From Isurus oxyrinchus (taxonomy: Eukaryota): a stretch of 64,000 nucleotides of DNA. The first letter of the stretch is position 1. Every line of letters starts with the position of its first letter. Position numbers and translations under genes: made by a program. Location: positions 1 to 64,000 of the forward strand of contig JANJGN010001209.1 of NCBI GenBank assembly GCA_026770705.1. Reading direction: 5' to 3'. Below are positions 12,560 to 25,509 of this stretch, piece after piece. Below the pieces are notes generated by a model. That model saw nothing but the letters and a program-made list of their open reading frames with translations. It ran no database searches and had not been told where the DNA came from.

Positions 12560-14790
12560 ACAACCTGTTGAGACAGAATCAGCAGAGAACGTACAGAAAG
12601 AGAACCCTAGTGTTTCCAGACTGTGTGGTGACTAAACCACAGTTGTGCACATTTACACAGGAAGTGGAATAATCTAACGGACAGGCGGACAATGCTGAAA
12701 TTCATTTGGTTGGATAAACCCTTGAAAATATTGCTCAGGATGAGTGTGCTGAAGAGGATGAGACTGAAGTATTCAGTTCGTTAGTGGAGCTAAATATGCA
12801 ATGGCCGCTCGTAACGCAATTAAACGTCACCAGTTACTCTGAAGTAGAAGCAGAATGCATTACAGAGTTTATTTACATTCAGAACAATGTGTTAATGAAG
12901 AAGTAGAGGCAGTGTCTTGATCATGTAGATGGAAAGTGGACAGTAGTGCACGAAGTAGTGATACCATCTGCGTAATGGATTTAAAATTTGAGAGCACCTC
13001 ATGAAATTCCAATCGCTGTACATGTGGGAAGTAGGAAAACCCAAGATAATTACAATGGAGCAAATAGTCTATTGGACTTGACTACATGAAGATGTACACA
13101 AATTCTGTCAAACATGTCGCATATGTCAGTTGAAAGGATAAGCTATAGCATTTGTTAAACCGCCACATTTAATTATAATGCCAGCGTTTGAGGAATCATT
13201 TAAACAGTGTCCTGATTGATTGTGTAGGACACCTCCCTCAGACTAAAAGTGGGAATCAGTACTTACTGACAGTCATATATGTGTCCATGAGATTTCCAGA
13301 AGCTTGCCGTTAAGGAAAAATGCAGCAAAGTGGAGTAAATCATTTTTCATTACAAGATATGGATTAAGAAAAGAAAGACAGTCGGATCAAGGTTCGAATT
13401 TCATATCACAGCTGTGTAGATAAGTTATGTACAGCCTAGGAATATAACAATTTATGAAGTCAGCGGATCTCCCTGAATCACAGTGTGCCTTAGAAAGGTG
13501 GTAACACTGCATGAAGGCTAAAATTATCACATGTGTTCAAGGCTATCCACATGGTAATTTTCGAGGGATTTTATTCTTTTTGGTTTCCTTTACGGACATC
13601 CTTAATGTGTCAAAAGGATTCAGTCCTTTTAAGTTAATTTATGGTCATGCAATGAGGGGAAAGTTCAATCTGATTGAGGCGAACTTCGTAGGGCAAAGTT
13701 CAGATACTACTTTTTTTGGACATGTGGCGAATTTCAGAGAAAGAATGAGGAACGCATCTGAGCTAAGCAAGAAAATGTTACTTATACCTCAGCAAGAGAC
13801 AAAGGCAAATGCAGCTCAAAGGACAAAGGTTCGTAGTTTTTTTTTAGGTGTCGGCAAAGTGTTAGTTTTGTTCCGAGTGTCAGGTGAACATTTCAAGGCA
13901 ATGTTTAGCGGGCCTTACCAAGTTGAAAAGGGGCTGAGTGTAGTAATCTATGTAATAAAGTATCCCAGGTAGAAGGAAGAGCCGGCCGGTGTATCATTAA
14001 AATTGGCTTAAATATATTTTTAACACACAGAATAAACAGGAAGAGGTACAGCTAGTTGTAAGTAAGGGAACAGAGGTAAAGGCTAAGGATTCTGAAACTT
14101 ACCTACCTCTGATGTAAACGCAAAATCAGGAAGTACTGAGGAACATAAATTTGTGCTTTGGTTACTTTCCAGAAAAGCGTCAAAAGTGATTGAAAAAAAC
14201 TATTGCAGTCATATAAAGCAATTATTGGAAATCAATTGGGGAATGCATATTCGGCTGTACATGATATTGAGCTGGGGAACTGAGCTTCAAAAAGGCAACA
14301 CGATGAGAGATGAAATCCAGTAAAATCACCAATAGTGCAGGAGGAAATTCAATTTCTGCTTCAACACGACAGGATTGTGCCTAGTCACACTAATTGGAGT
14401 TCAGCCATTGTAATGGTGAGGAAAACAAATTGGTTACAAGCACTATGTATTCATTACTGAAAAAAATGAACGCTACAACAAAGGCAGATTCATATCACAG
14501 GCGATGATCAGACGAGCATAGCAAGATAACCGCACAGTCAACACCTACCAAAAATCTGACTTGCTGCGAGGATACCCTTATTTGAAAGGGCATTAGTTTT
14601 TCTGATGCTGGATGGTCTACATCAATGCCATTATGGAATGCACTTTGGCATGAAAAATAAATGCACCAGCAGTGCTTCCTTGGAAGGATAATGGAAGATG
14701 ATGCAGTTGTTGAAAGGATTGAATTTGAAATTTAAAAAAAATAACAGAGCTATGGAGAATGAGTAGATATAGAGTGGGCAGAATTCGGTT
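12560..14790 (+). mobile_element. Decayed Gypsy LTR retrotransposon pol, Gmr1-type order (integrase then RT)
   Basis: Integrase: HEIPIAVHVG..YW..HEDVHKFCQTCRICQ (~13000-13135), DCVGHLPQTKSGNQYLLT, QSDQGSNF, GFSPFKLIYGH, FSGPYQV (~13915). RT follows: NWSSAIVMVRK..ADSY (~14390-14495) and FGMK/NAP (~14645). Confidence 0.85.
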
Positions 14791-16177
14791 GCTCTGGAAA
14801 AGCACCAAGGGAGGCTCAATGGCCAAAATGGCCTTATTTTGTGCAAAATGATTCTTACTTCTAACACAAAGACATGTTTTTTTAAACATTCTCCAGTTCA
14901 ATCATTAAACAGACCTCCCTCTTAATTACCACAAATCTGCCTTTGGATAGTTAGTGCATCGTCATCACTCTTAAAGTGCAGCCAATCCCCATTGTGCCCG
15001 TGTTATTATTAACTAGTGAACATTCGCTCAATTCCTATAAGGAACATTGGTGCTCCGGTTATCTCCTTGTGACTCTCAGGAGCTCAGGAGATTATGTCAA
15101 AAGCTCTGTTCGTGGTACTTGGATTCCTTTTGCTGGGACAGACTCCCTTCCATCTCGCTGCAAGAGATTGTACAATTGGGAGGTGCGCAAGTCTCTCAAT
15201 AGTGATTCTTGAGCAATATTGATTGGAACAGGAGTCCATTCAACCACTCAATCCTGTGATGCCACTGAATTGGGCAGATATTTGCTTTACTCCATCAGCC
15301 AAGCACTGTTAAAATGATTTCCAAATGCAAATTTACCAATTTTAGTGTTGTGCATTTTCACACAATTGGCTTAAATTGTTTTTTTTTTAATTTACATTAA
15401 CAGCAGCGAGCCTCAGCATTGAAACAAATCTCCTTTTACCCTCCTAACTCTGAATTGCATTCGGCCCCTCGGTAATGTATTCCATGAATGCAATACCACG
15501 TGGACTAATCCTTCCCTTTTCCATCTTTTCTGATTGTTGTCTCCATCTCCATCCCTGTCATGTCCTGCAGCCTCACGACCCTCAGGGGATATCTGCGCCC
15601 CACTGACACTGTCAGATTGTGCATCCAATATTGGAGGCTGTGTCTTCAAATGCCCCTGAAATCCCTCCCTCTGTTCATGAGGCTTGGTATAAGTTGCTTT
15701 TCATCATGTTCGTGTTAAGTTCACTAATTGTTTTTATATTAAATTGAAGGTGCAACGGAAGTTGCTTTCATTCTGGCTGTGCAAAGCTCAAACCACCATG
15801 TTCATTTGTGAGACGATCTTTTGATTAAATGCACAGATAAAGTGGCTCTGATAGACGACAATTGGGGAACAGTTAAAGGCATCCGGAATGCAACGTTTCT
15901 ACAATGCTTTCGATGTTGACCAGGTCAGCTTTGGTTAAAATGATATTTGGAGCACTTTGTCAATTTTTATAATATTTGCTTGCAACACGGATCTTACTTG
16001 TTTCGGCAGTTACCATCCTGTCTGACTGTATTGAACAAGGTGCTATGATCTGTAATTAATGAATCATCCCAGTATAGAATCCAGCCGCTCACTGCCCGTG
16101 TGTGTGGACAATATACAAACCGTCCACTCCTTACTCTTCTAACTTCACTCGTACAATCCATTAACACATCGGGCTGA

Positions 16178-17030
16178 TGTTGTGCTAACTTTGACCAACG
16201 GATGACAGGAGGCTCAGATACAGGTCACGATTGTTTATTAAAGCAATTGCAAAGAGAGAACCATCTCAAGGCATCATGAGATAGAACACGGACAAACTGC
16301 AAGCATGTTTTATATACCACTGATCCCATAAAATAACATTACTGAAATCCCCTTCTTGGTGGAATTTATATTATATCATAGATTTTCTTTCACGCCGGCA
16401 GAAATGTCAGCTCCGATCCTGGCTGGACTAACTGTCCTTCCCTAATCGCTTGAAAAGAGCACTTAATCTATGTTGTTGTCATCCTCTGTCTCCAATCAGG
16501 CTCTCAAGGCCTTTCTGTTGTTTGCAGGCTCTAAGGTTGTGCAAGGTTCAACTGGTAACTTTGTCTGTTAATGTGCTTGATAGGTCTGGCTGCATGGAGA
16601 TTTTAAGTCATTCATTCAGTTTCAATACATTCTTGTTGAATTTTCCCGAACAAACCCCACTTTTGGATCTTCGCCTAGCCCAGATTATCCACATTCAGTT
16701 GTACTGTCCGTCTCTTTATGTACCGCCACCCATTGATACTGGCCTGTTACCTCGCTTTGAACCTAAAACAGCACTGGTCAGCTCAGCTGTAGAATCTGGC
16801 CCGTCACATGAGGGGCTAATTTTCCTTTGGTCTTTTATGATTTTAGTATCCCTTTGTTCATCTCTAAAATCTGCCCCATCTTCCAGCTTGTCAGAGACCC
16901 TTGCAATTTGGTATGCCTTAGTTTTGGAATTTCTGTCACCTTTAACTTCCTAGCTTATCCATGGATGATGGTTTCCCCCTCATACCATCTTTCTTCCTCA
17001 TTGGAATGATAATTCACTTTATTTTTGCGA
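16178..17030 (-). mobile_element. Possible 3' end of an LTR retroelement (integrase C-terminus, PPT, LTR)
   Basis: The minus strand reads RKISPSCDGP (GPY/F-like), then purine tract agggaaggac (~16432-16443), then ~250 bp containing TATAAAA and AATAAA. Confidence 0.35.
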
Positions 17031-17580
17031 TTGTCACGAGGCACTTTTGATAATTGTATTTAAACACATTTATGTGACTGAAAGTGTTGTCCAGGTTGAT
17101 TAGCAGTTTACAAATTTGATGCAGCGAAGATCTTAGGGTTTTATGTCAGGTCGAGGGAAAATTTACCCTTGGCTCTAGGTCTGGTGAGTCAGTTTTGATT
17201 TATTTATCTCATTTTGTTTCTCTTCCCGGTAAGTTAGTGATGTTTTTGTTCCTGTCGCAAGGAAAGTGTTATCCTTCAAATGTTATTATTTGCTAGCCGA
17301 AGCGCATGGCTTCGTTCGAGTTCCTGGAAGTCATATCCGATCCGATGTTATGGGGGATTTGATGGGCGAAATTCCCAGTTTTATTGGTGTGCAATACTCG
17401 CATCTCGCATGTGGAAGGTCAATGTGTTTCTATGTTTCTTTTTCATTCACAATCACACCTTTCTGCTTCACTGTTGCCTTAATCAATGATACGACAGTGG
17501 ATATTTTTTGCATGAACCATTTGTATTTCAGCCCTTCAATTTCACATCTTTCTTTCTATCCATCCATTTATCCATGTAAC

Positions 17581-17885
17581 TAAAACAAAACTTAAAATAC
17601 CTGGAAAACACTCAGCAGGTCTGGGAGTATCTGTGTAGAGGAACACAGTTAACGATTCGAGTCCTTATGATAGTGATCAGTAGACTTCTATCCAGCTCTA
17701 CATGTCCCACCCCCTCCCTTAAACCAGCTTATATTTCACCTCTTTTCTATTTTTCCTTATTTCTGTGGCAGAGTCATACAAGCTCGAAAGATTAACTGTT
17801 TTTTTCTCCACAGATGCTGTACGGCCTGCTGAGTTTTTCCAGGTAATGTTGTTTTGGATTTCTGGCATCCGCAGTGCTTTGCTTT
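17581..17885. mobile_element. Short fold-back derivative of Penelope-like element terminus
   Basis: 17581-17670 is the reverse complement of 17770-17885 (cctggaaaacactcagcagg / cctgctgagtttttccagg). ccagcttatatttcacctct is shared with ~44329. Confidence 0.75.
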
Positions 17886-17896
17886 TATCTATCTAT

Positions 17897-18386
17897 NNNN
17901 NNNNNNNNNNNNNNNNNNNNNNNNNNNNNNNNNNNNNNNNNNNNNNNNNNNNNNNNNNNNNNNNNNNNNNNNNNNNNNNNNNNNNNNNNNNNNNNNNNNN
18001 NNNNNNNNNNNNNNNNNNNNNNNNNNNNNNNNNNNNNNNNNNNNNNNNNNNNNNNNNNNNNNNNNNNNNNNNNNNTTTATCTAACTNNNNNNNNNNNNNN
18101 NNNNNNNNNNNNNNNNNNNNNNNNNNNNNNNNNNNNNNNNNNNNNNNNNNNNNNNNNNNNNNNNNNNNNNNNNNNNNNNNNNNNNNNNNNNNNNNNNNNN
18201 NNNNNNNNNNNNNNNNNNNNNNNNNNNNNNNNNNNNNNNNNTAACTANNNNNNNNNNNNNNNNNNNNNNNNNNNNNNNNNNNNNNNNNNNNNNNNNNNNN
18301 NNNNNNNNNNNNNNNNNNNNNNNNNNNNNNNNNNNNNNNNNNNNNNNNNNNNNNNNNNNNNNNNNNNNNNNNNNNNNNNNNNNNNN
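17897..18386. other. Three N runs separated by tttatctaact and taacta; probably a masked (TATC)n-type repeat
   Basis: The left flank ends in tatctatctat, and the short islands between the N runs are similar in sequence. Confidence 0.6.
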
Positions 18387-18404
18387 CATTCTCTTGTTCC
18401 TTCG

Positions 18405-18464
18405 TTCGCATGCTCCATTTGTCATTCGCATGCTCCATTTGTCATTCTCATGCTCCATTTGTCA
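18405..18464. repeat. 20-bp tandem repeat x3
   Basis: ttc(g/t)catgctccatttgtca occurs three times. Confidence 0.9.
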
Positions 18465-21400
18465 CACGCACTGTCTAGCTCTCTCTCTCGCGTACAACTC
18501 TCTCTTCAATCTATCCTTTTGAATGTGTGTCAATCTGTGCATCTATGTGTCTGTCTAACCGTCTGTACGTCTGTCTGTCTAATCATCTTGATGATTAATT
18601 CTCTCGGCCCTTTGACATGTGCGTGCACTGCAAAAAAAAAAAAATGTCAGTGTGATATCACGTGTGAGATTAGATCAAGTCCATCCTTCTACAATCGATA
18701 GCCAAATTCAGCATAAAATGTCTGTTCAGGTGGAATAAGTTATCTTTGCCATTGATTCCTTGTCCTGAAGGCGCTTCTCTCTGTTCTCCACAAATACTGA
18801 AATCATTGGTAGATTCCTCCATTTGGTTCTGCTGAATGTTTGTTATTTTGTTCATAATCGTGTTTTCAAATGTATCGTTTCATATGGCGGGGATATGGTT
18901 AGATGGGCCACAAGTTATTGCACGATCCAAATTGCCATTGAAAATATGGAGGTGCCCTACCTTCCTGAAATTGTATATTTCTACTGATTGACGTCAGTAG
19001 CATTCCCTCACTACCAAGAATGAAGTCCTTCCGGCTCAGTGTGATTTCAGATGAAGCAGGAGTCCAATGGTGGACCTACATGTTCATCCGCCATGGGAGA
19101 AGTTTTCAGAACTCACGAGTGGAAATCAAAGGCCCAGGTTGCTTCACTTTTACTTGCTGTGCCTCGGCCTTTCCACCACTCTTTTGATTCGCTGAGTCTC
19201 GAAGCAGTTTTCGATTTGATGGACCGCATTGTGCCAGGCCGAAAGTCCGGGAGCATTCTCCTCCCGCTCCTTGGAGATAAGGACCCTGTGCTTTAGGGAC
19301 ACCTGGAGAGTAGCCTTGAACCTTTCTCTTTGGCCACCCTTAGGACGAGAAATGCTTAGTGGCAGAGGTAGGTATGGTAAGGCAGCCCTTTACTGAAACA
19401 TGTACCCGATGACCACCACATATCTGCTGCATTTTTGCATGACTTTGACTGGGGAACAACACAGCTTTGCCCCGGTCCTCAATCCTCCATCCCCACAGGG
19501 CTTTTCGCCTGAAGCAGGCCTGTGAACACCATATTTTAGTAGCAGCATTCCGGTGACTAGGGTGTATGCTTCATATGGTGCATGCACAACACGTTGCTTT
19601 TAAAACGGTGGCCTCAGGACCCCATTTACTGGGATCCAGCTTGCAATCTCTGAGTTTGGCTTTGAGATTTCTGACGTTCTGTGGCGGTGCTTCCCTTGCT
19701 GACTGAGTGTGGGTTTCTGTACGTAGGCATTATCTAGATAAACCACAAGACCTACCCAGCGGACCGGGGCTCGACTGAATATATTTACAATATCAGGAAT
19801 GCTGCACTTTACAAGATTATCGGTTTTCCGAATTTTGTCTTGCCAACAGCCTTTGGAAATGGTTCACGGGCAGTGAAGTTGGAAAGTTTTCCTTAGCTTT
19901 CCATGAGGCCGAATGGTTATGCAAGTCTCGCACTGATATGGAAGTGATATAAACAACAAGGCCTGGCAGGCCTTGATCTTCCATCTGAGGGAAAACCCAT
20001 GTTTTCTTTGCCGAAATCAATGAGTGAAGCCTGCCAACCACCGAGCTTGTTTTTGCCACTTGCTGGTAATTTGCCCATCCAGGTTGTGACCTTGGAGTCC
20101 ATGCTGACAAGTTAGCAAACCTTTCGTACTGAAAAGAGGGCTGCATTGTTCAAAGTGGCTGTGGTGTCTTGGAGCACGATACCAGCAGCGGTTTGATACA
20201 GCATCTGTATCCTCAAATATATTGTTAATCTTAAACAATTTAATTTTGCAGCAAGGCGCTCAGCATGCACCTGAATGTCTCCGGATCCTGAGTTATGAGT
20301 GTACATTGGTCCACAAATAAGACTTCCCTCTGTAGCTTTCCAATAACCTCTGTGCAAGGATTTAATTTTGGCCTTTGAAAAGGCTGCCTATGGTCCTGAA
20401 ATGCTTGTGTAATCCTGTTTCAAGCTGCTTGAGCGCATGCTTGGAAAATGACCGACACATTTATGACAAAAAGTGCTGGAGCCATTAAGCAGCCTTATTT
20501 GGCGCCACAAGTAAACAAGAAATAGTTTCACACAGACAAACCATTTTGCATCTCACTGATCATGACGCCATCACCAAAGTGTGAATGACACTGATCATCT
20601 GTTCAGGGTTGTCGCATATTTATGGATGAGTTGGATAGTTTATTGACCAATAAGGGAGACTAGGGACATGAGGATATATTTGTGTGTTGTGAGAGAGATG
20701 GCGGAGGGGGCCGGTGTACGGCGCTGGTTGGGGTAACAGAGGCAGGATAGCGGTGCTGAGGCTCTGATCAGATAAGCCATGAGCCTTCCGATTTGCAGAA
20801 CAGGTTCAAGGGGCCGAATGACCTACTGAACTTAACTATTCTGTTTTTGGTGCTTGTTTGAAATGCAACCCACACCAAAGTCGGAGGGGCCATTGAACGG
20901 ATTCATCATACAATGCATCCATCTGCTAATGATTGTCTGCAGAAGGGATTTGAGGGCCAAGAGTTAAATGTTAAGCATGGAACACCCTCACAGCGATGTA
21001 CTCCATATATCCCATTATTTTATTCAAAAAAAAGTTTTTCATTCAGTTAAAGCATCACTCTGGATGGAGTATGTGAATGGGTGAGCAGGAGGATTTCATG
21101 GCGTGGGGAATCGTTACTGAGGGTGTATGGGGTTGGATTGTCTTGAACGCATTATCTTGAAATATTTCAGTTGAGAAAACAAACGCCTTCTCCATAAACT
21201 TTCTATTACACTTCAGGTCACGAGCAACTCCAACCTTCTGGGTCCTCCATTTGCATTTATAATTTCCAGGCAGAATGGTGCAAATGTAGGTGCAACAACA
21301 CAGAATGTAGGTCATGTCACTGACGGAAAAGTAATTTACAGAGGAATCCACAGAATTATCTGGGCAGCGTATTAGTCCCCTCTGGAAGATTAAATGACAA

Positions 21401-22550
21401 AGTCATATATCAGACATGTGCTCTGTTGGAACATAGAATGTGTCCCGAAACACAAAACAGTGATGAACGTCTGAAATTTCCCCACTTCTTTTTCTGACGG
21501 TTCAGGCCGATTGAGTTTCCTCGAATCATTTTGATCTAAATCAGTAACATTTGATACCCAATATCACTCTGCGTGTTAATCATTTCCAGCCGCACCTATC
21601 CACTATGGGACCTACCCGTGCTCTTTAAAATATAGCCCCTTCCATTGTATAGACCGCAAACTTCATTCAAATGTTGGCCATTTCACTTCGAAATGGTGTC
21701 TTTCAGAACGAGAATGACTGATCTAAACTGTTTGTTCAATGACTGAAACTAATTGATTTCTTTTGGGGACATGAATGCGCTCATGGGGATTTATCTGCTG
21801 CCTATATAACAGTTTCTTTGAATGTCACATTTCATGTTTTCCAAAAGGCTCGGTGTGTCTGTTTCTACAGGAGTTAGCGCTTCTTCCCAAGGATATAATT
21901 TGCTCTACTTCATCAGGTATGGGCCATTTACAAACCCATTCTTGAAGTTCTCATTTTCCAATGAACGTTTATTAACATGCTCTCGGACTAACAATGTGAA
22001 TTTCTGTCCTTCTTTAGTTTCATGGATGAGGGTAACGCTTGCAAGGCCTGTATTACCCATCCCTAATTCTACTTGTGAAGTGGGTGTTGAGCTGCTGCGA
22101 TCTTTGTGGTGTAGTTACATCCACGTTCTTATTCGGGGGGGATCCATTAACTTGACATGGAGACAGTAAAGGAATGGCAATAGTTTTCCAAACCAGGGCA
22201 TTGAGTGGCTTGGAGAGGGACGATCAGCGAGCGGCGTTCCCATGTTCATGTTCCCTTTGCCTTTCTAGATCATTGCAGCTGTGTGTATGATTAGTTAACT
22301 AAAGGGCTTCATGTTCGCCAAATGTAACAGCTTTTCTCTGTTCACTGCTACGATTGCTGTCGTGCCTGTTTTACCCTGTTACTCCAGATTAATTAACGTG
22401 GCATCTCCTCCCGAATCTCCTGTGATTTTAACGTGATTCTCTTATTTTCCTGAACTGAATTTAAAGAAGAAGAGGGTTTCTACGTTTCAACTCAGACATT
22501 CATACCATATTCTGCATCGATCTCTGCAGGAAAGACATCTCCTCATAAAG

Positions 22551-22620
22551 ATGGGAGAACTGATAGTGCACCAGATAGAAGCCATTTACTATCCTATTCT
22601 CGCGGCCATTGGTGTTCCTG
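22551..22620 (+). CDS. GPCR coding exon 1, copy A (MGELIVHQIEAIYYPILAAIGVP + phase-1 G)
   Basis: ATG in aagATGG context. Encodes the first half of TM1 and ends at a canonical donor CTG|gtaag. Phase 1 joins exon 2 as G+TT=Val, giving IGVPVN. Confidence 0.8.
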
Positions 22621-23189
22621 GTAAGAGCATAAATACTACCATTACCGGTATAGATGCATGTTGCTGTTTTTTTCTAACGCTGGTTCCAATAACATGACGT
22701 CGTTTCTTTACTGCTGGGGAGTCATCAAAGCATTGATATATGTTTAACCATAACGATAACAGATTTCTTCCTGCTGCTTTACTTTATACTCGGTGGTATC
22801 CACTGCTGATAACCTATTATTGCTTTATGGAATGTTATGTCACAGGGTGGGCTCTGCAATAATTATCATCATCAAGCACAAACCGAATTTCAACTTTTAG
22901 AAAATACAATCTCTGAAAATCTGTGCAGGAGAAAATTTGTATTCTGCAAAATTCTGCTTGAAATACTTGAACCTTTTGTTCATGATTTTCATCAATTTTC
23001 CAATATTTAGTGGAACAGAATCCCTGAAGAAAACATATGCTTATTACCACAGCGATCCTTTTGCAAATCTGTATGCAGAAAGGATATCGGGAAGTCTGGC
23101 TGAAACACATTACCGTGTGTGCTGAATACAATCCGATTGTCTATTGAAATACATTCATTTCTGCAGCCTCATTTATTGAGCACCTCAAT

Positions 23190-23557
23190 AAATTTACATG
23201 AAGTGTAGTCACTTAAGTAATGAAAAAGATGACAGGCAATTTTTGTTCCGGAAGCTTCCACAAGCAGCAAGTTGATAATGACCAGATGATCCTTTTTTGT
23301 GCTTTAGCAGAGGTTTAAATAGTGGTCATGACGCAAGGGGCTATGACAATGTTGTTCAGCGAAATAGTGGCATGGAATCTTTGACGTTTACCCTGTGAAT
23401 CGAATTGACATCTGTTCTGAAAGTTATTACATCCAATATTGCAGAACTACTTCACTACGGCAATGGATAATTAGCCAAGAATTTTGATCTCAAGAACTTA
23501 CGCCGGACTTAAGTAATCAAACATCTATCTCAGCACGTGGTTTGCTAACTGAGACAT
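23190..23557 (-). mobile_element. DeuSINE (SacSINE1-like); second copy at ~24911-25278
   Basis: ccacaagcagcaagttgataatgaccagatgatc...gaaatagtggcatggaatcttt...gctaactgagaca resembles the reverse complement of the Deu domain plus a tRNA-like head. Confidence 0.6.
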
Positions 23558-24271
23558 AAGTGGTCCGATTTCGGAAGACCTACGCTCCCCGAGTAGAGAT
23601 CTGGTTCTCATTATTCTGCTCATTTCAATTTCTAGCCCTGCACTTCCTGCTGTTGAAAACGCTGCTTCAAAATCTAACTGAATTACACTGAGAATTGGAG
23701 TGGAGTGATAGTAAGAATTGTCGGACTGCCCTGTGGCTTTGGGAAACTCACATTGTCACGATACATGGCCTGTATTGCCCATCTCTAATTCTACTTGTGA
23801 AGTGGGTGTTGAGCTGCTGCGATCTTTGTGGTGTAGTTACATCCACGTTCTTATTCGGGGGGGATCCATTAACTTGACATGGAGACAGTAAAGGAATGGC
23901 AATAGTTTTCCAAACCAGGGCATTGAGTGGCTTGGAGAGGGACGATCAGTGAGCGGCGTTCCCATATTCATGTTCCTTTGCCTTTCTAGATCATTGCAGC
24001 TGTGTGTATGATTAGTTAACTAAAGGGCTTCATGTTCGCCATATGTAACAGCTTTTCTCTGTTCACTGCTACGATTGCTGTCGTGCCTGTTTTACCCTGT
24101 TACTCCAGATTAATTAACGTGGCATCTCCTCCCGAATCTCCTGTGATTTTAACGTGATTCTCTTATTTTCCTGAACTGAATTTAAAGAAGAAGAGGGTTT
24201 CTACGTTTCAACTCAGACATTCATACCATATTCTGCATCGATCTCTGCAGGAAAGACATCTCCTCATAAAG

Positions 24272-24341
24272 ATGGGAGAACTGATACTGCACCAGATAGA
24301 AGCCATTTACTATCCTATTCTCGCGGCCATTGGTGTTCCTG
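24272..24341 (+). CDS. GPCR coding exon 1, copy B (MGELILHQIEAIYYPILAAIGVP + phase-1 G)
   Basis: Same as copy A except GTG>CTG (V6L). Donor gtaag intact at 24342. Confidence 0.85.
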
Positions 24342-25509
24342 GTAAGAGCATAAATACTACCATTACCGGTATAGATGCATATTGCTGTTTTTTGCTAACG
24401 CTGGTTCCAATAACATGACGTCGTTTCTTTACTGCTGGGGAGTCATCAAAGCATTGATATATGTTTAACCATAACGATAACAGATTTCTTCCTGCTGCTT
24501 TACTTTATACACGGTGGTATCCACTGCTGATAACCTATTATTGCTTTATGGAATGTTATGTCACAGGGTGGGCTCTGCAATAATTATCATCATCAAGCAC
24601 AAACCGAATTTCAACTTTTAGAAAATACAATCTCTGAAAATCTGTGCAGGAGAAAATTTGTATTCTGCAAAATTCTGCTTGAAATACTTGAACCTTTTGT
24701 TCATGATTTTCATCAATTTTCCAATATTTAGTGGAACAGAATCCCTGAAGAAAACATATGCTTATTACCACAGCGATCCTTTTGCAAATCTGTATGCAGA
24801 AAGGATATCGGGAAGTCTGGCTGAAACACATTACCGTGTGTGCTGAATACAATCCGATTGTCTATTGAAATACATTCATTTCTGCAGCCTCATTTATTGA
24901 GCACCTCAATAAATTTACATGAAGTGTAGTCACTTAAGTAATGAAAAAGATGACAGGCAATTTTTGTTCCGGAAGCTTCCACAAGCAGCAAGTTGATAAT
25001 GACCAGATGATCCTTTTTTGTGCTTTAGCAGAGGTTTAAATAGTGGTCATGACGCAAGGGGCTATGACAATGTTGTTCAGCGAAATAGTGGCATGGAATC
25101 TTTGACGTTTAACCTGTGAATCGAATTGACATCTGTTCTGAAAGTTATTACATCCAATAATGCAGAACTACTTCACTACGGCAATGGATAATTAGCCGAG
25201 AATTTTGATCTCAAGAACTTACGCCAGACTTAAGTAATCAAACATCTATCTCAGCACGTGGTTTGCTAACTGAGACATAAGTGGTCCGATTTCGGAAGAC
25301 GTACGCTCCCCGAGTAGATATCTGGTTCTCATTATTCTGCTCATTTCAATTTCTAGCCCTGCACTTCCTGCTGTTGAAAACGCTGCTTCAAAATCTAACT
25401 GAATTACACTGAGAATTGGAGTGGAGTGATAGTAAGAATTGTCGGACTGCCCTGTGGCTTTGGGAAACTCACATTGTCACGATACATGGTGGCCCTGACA
25501 GAGGGCCAG

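Larger units (their letters stand above)
22045..25489 (+). repeat. Near-identical tandem duplication, unit ~1721-1722 bp (22045-23766 / 23767-25489)
   Basis: Identical ORF-track entries offset by 1721 (22835/24556, 22937/24658). About 16 differences counted by eye. Junction reads atacat|gg|cctgtatt. Confidence 0.95.

Noticed and set aside
17765-18701. Long ORFs spanning N runs (also 5730-6293)
   Set aside because: Artefacts of translating N.
22835-23131. 98-aa and 62-aa ORFs present twice identically
   Set aside because: Intronic chance ORFs copied by the 1.72-kb duplication; no recognisable protein features.
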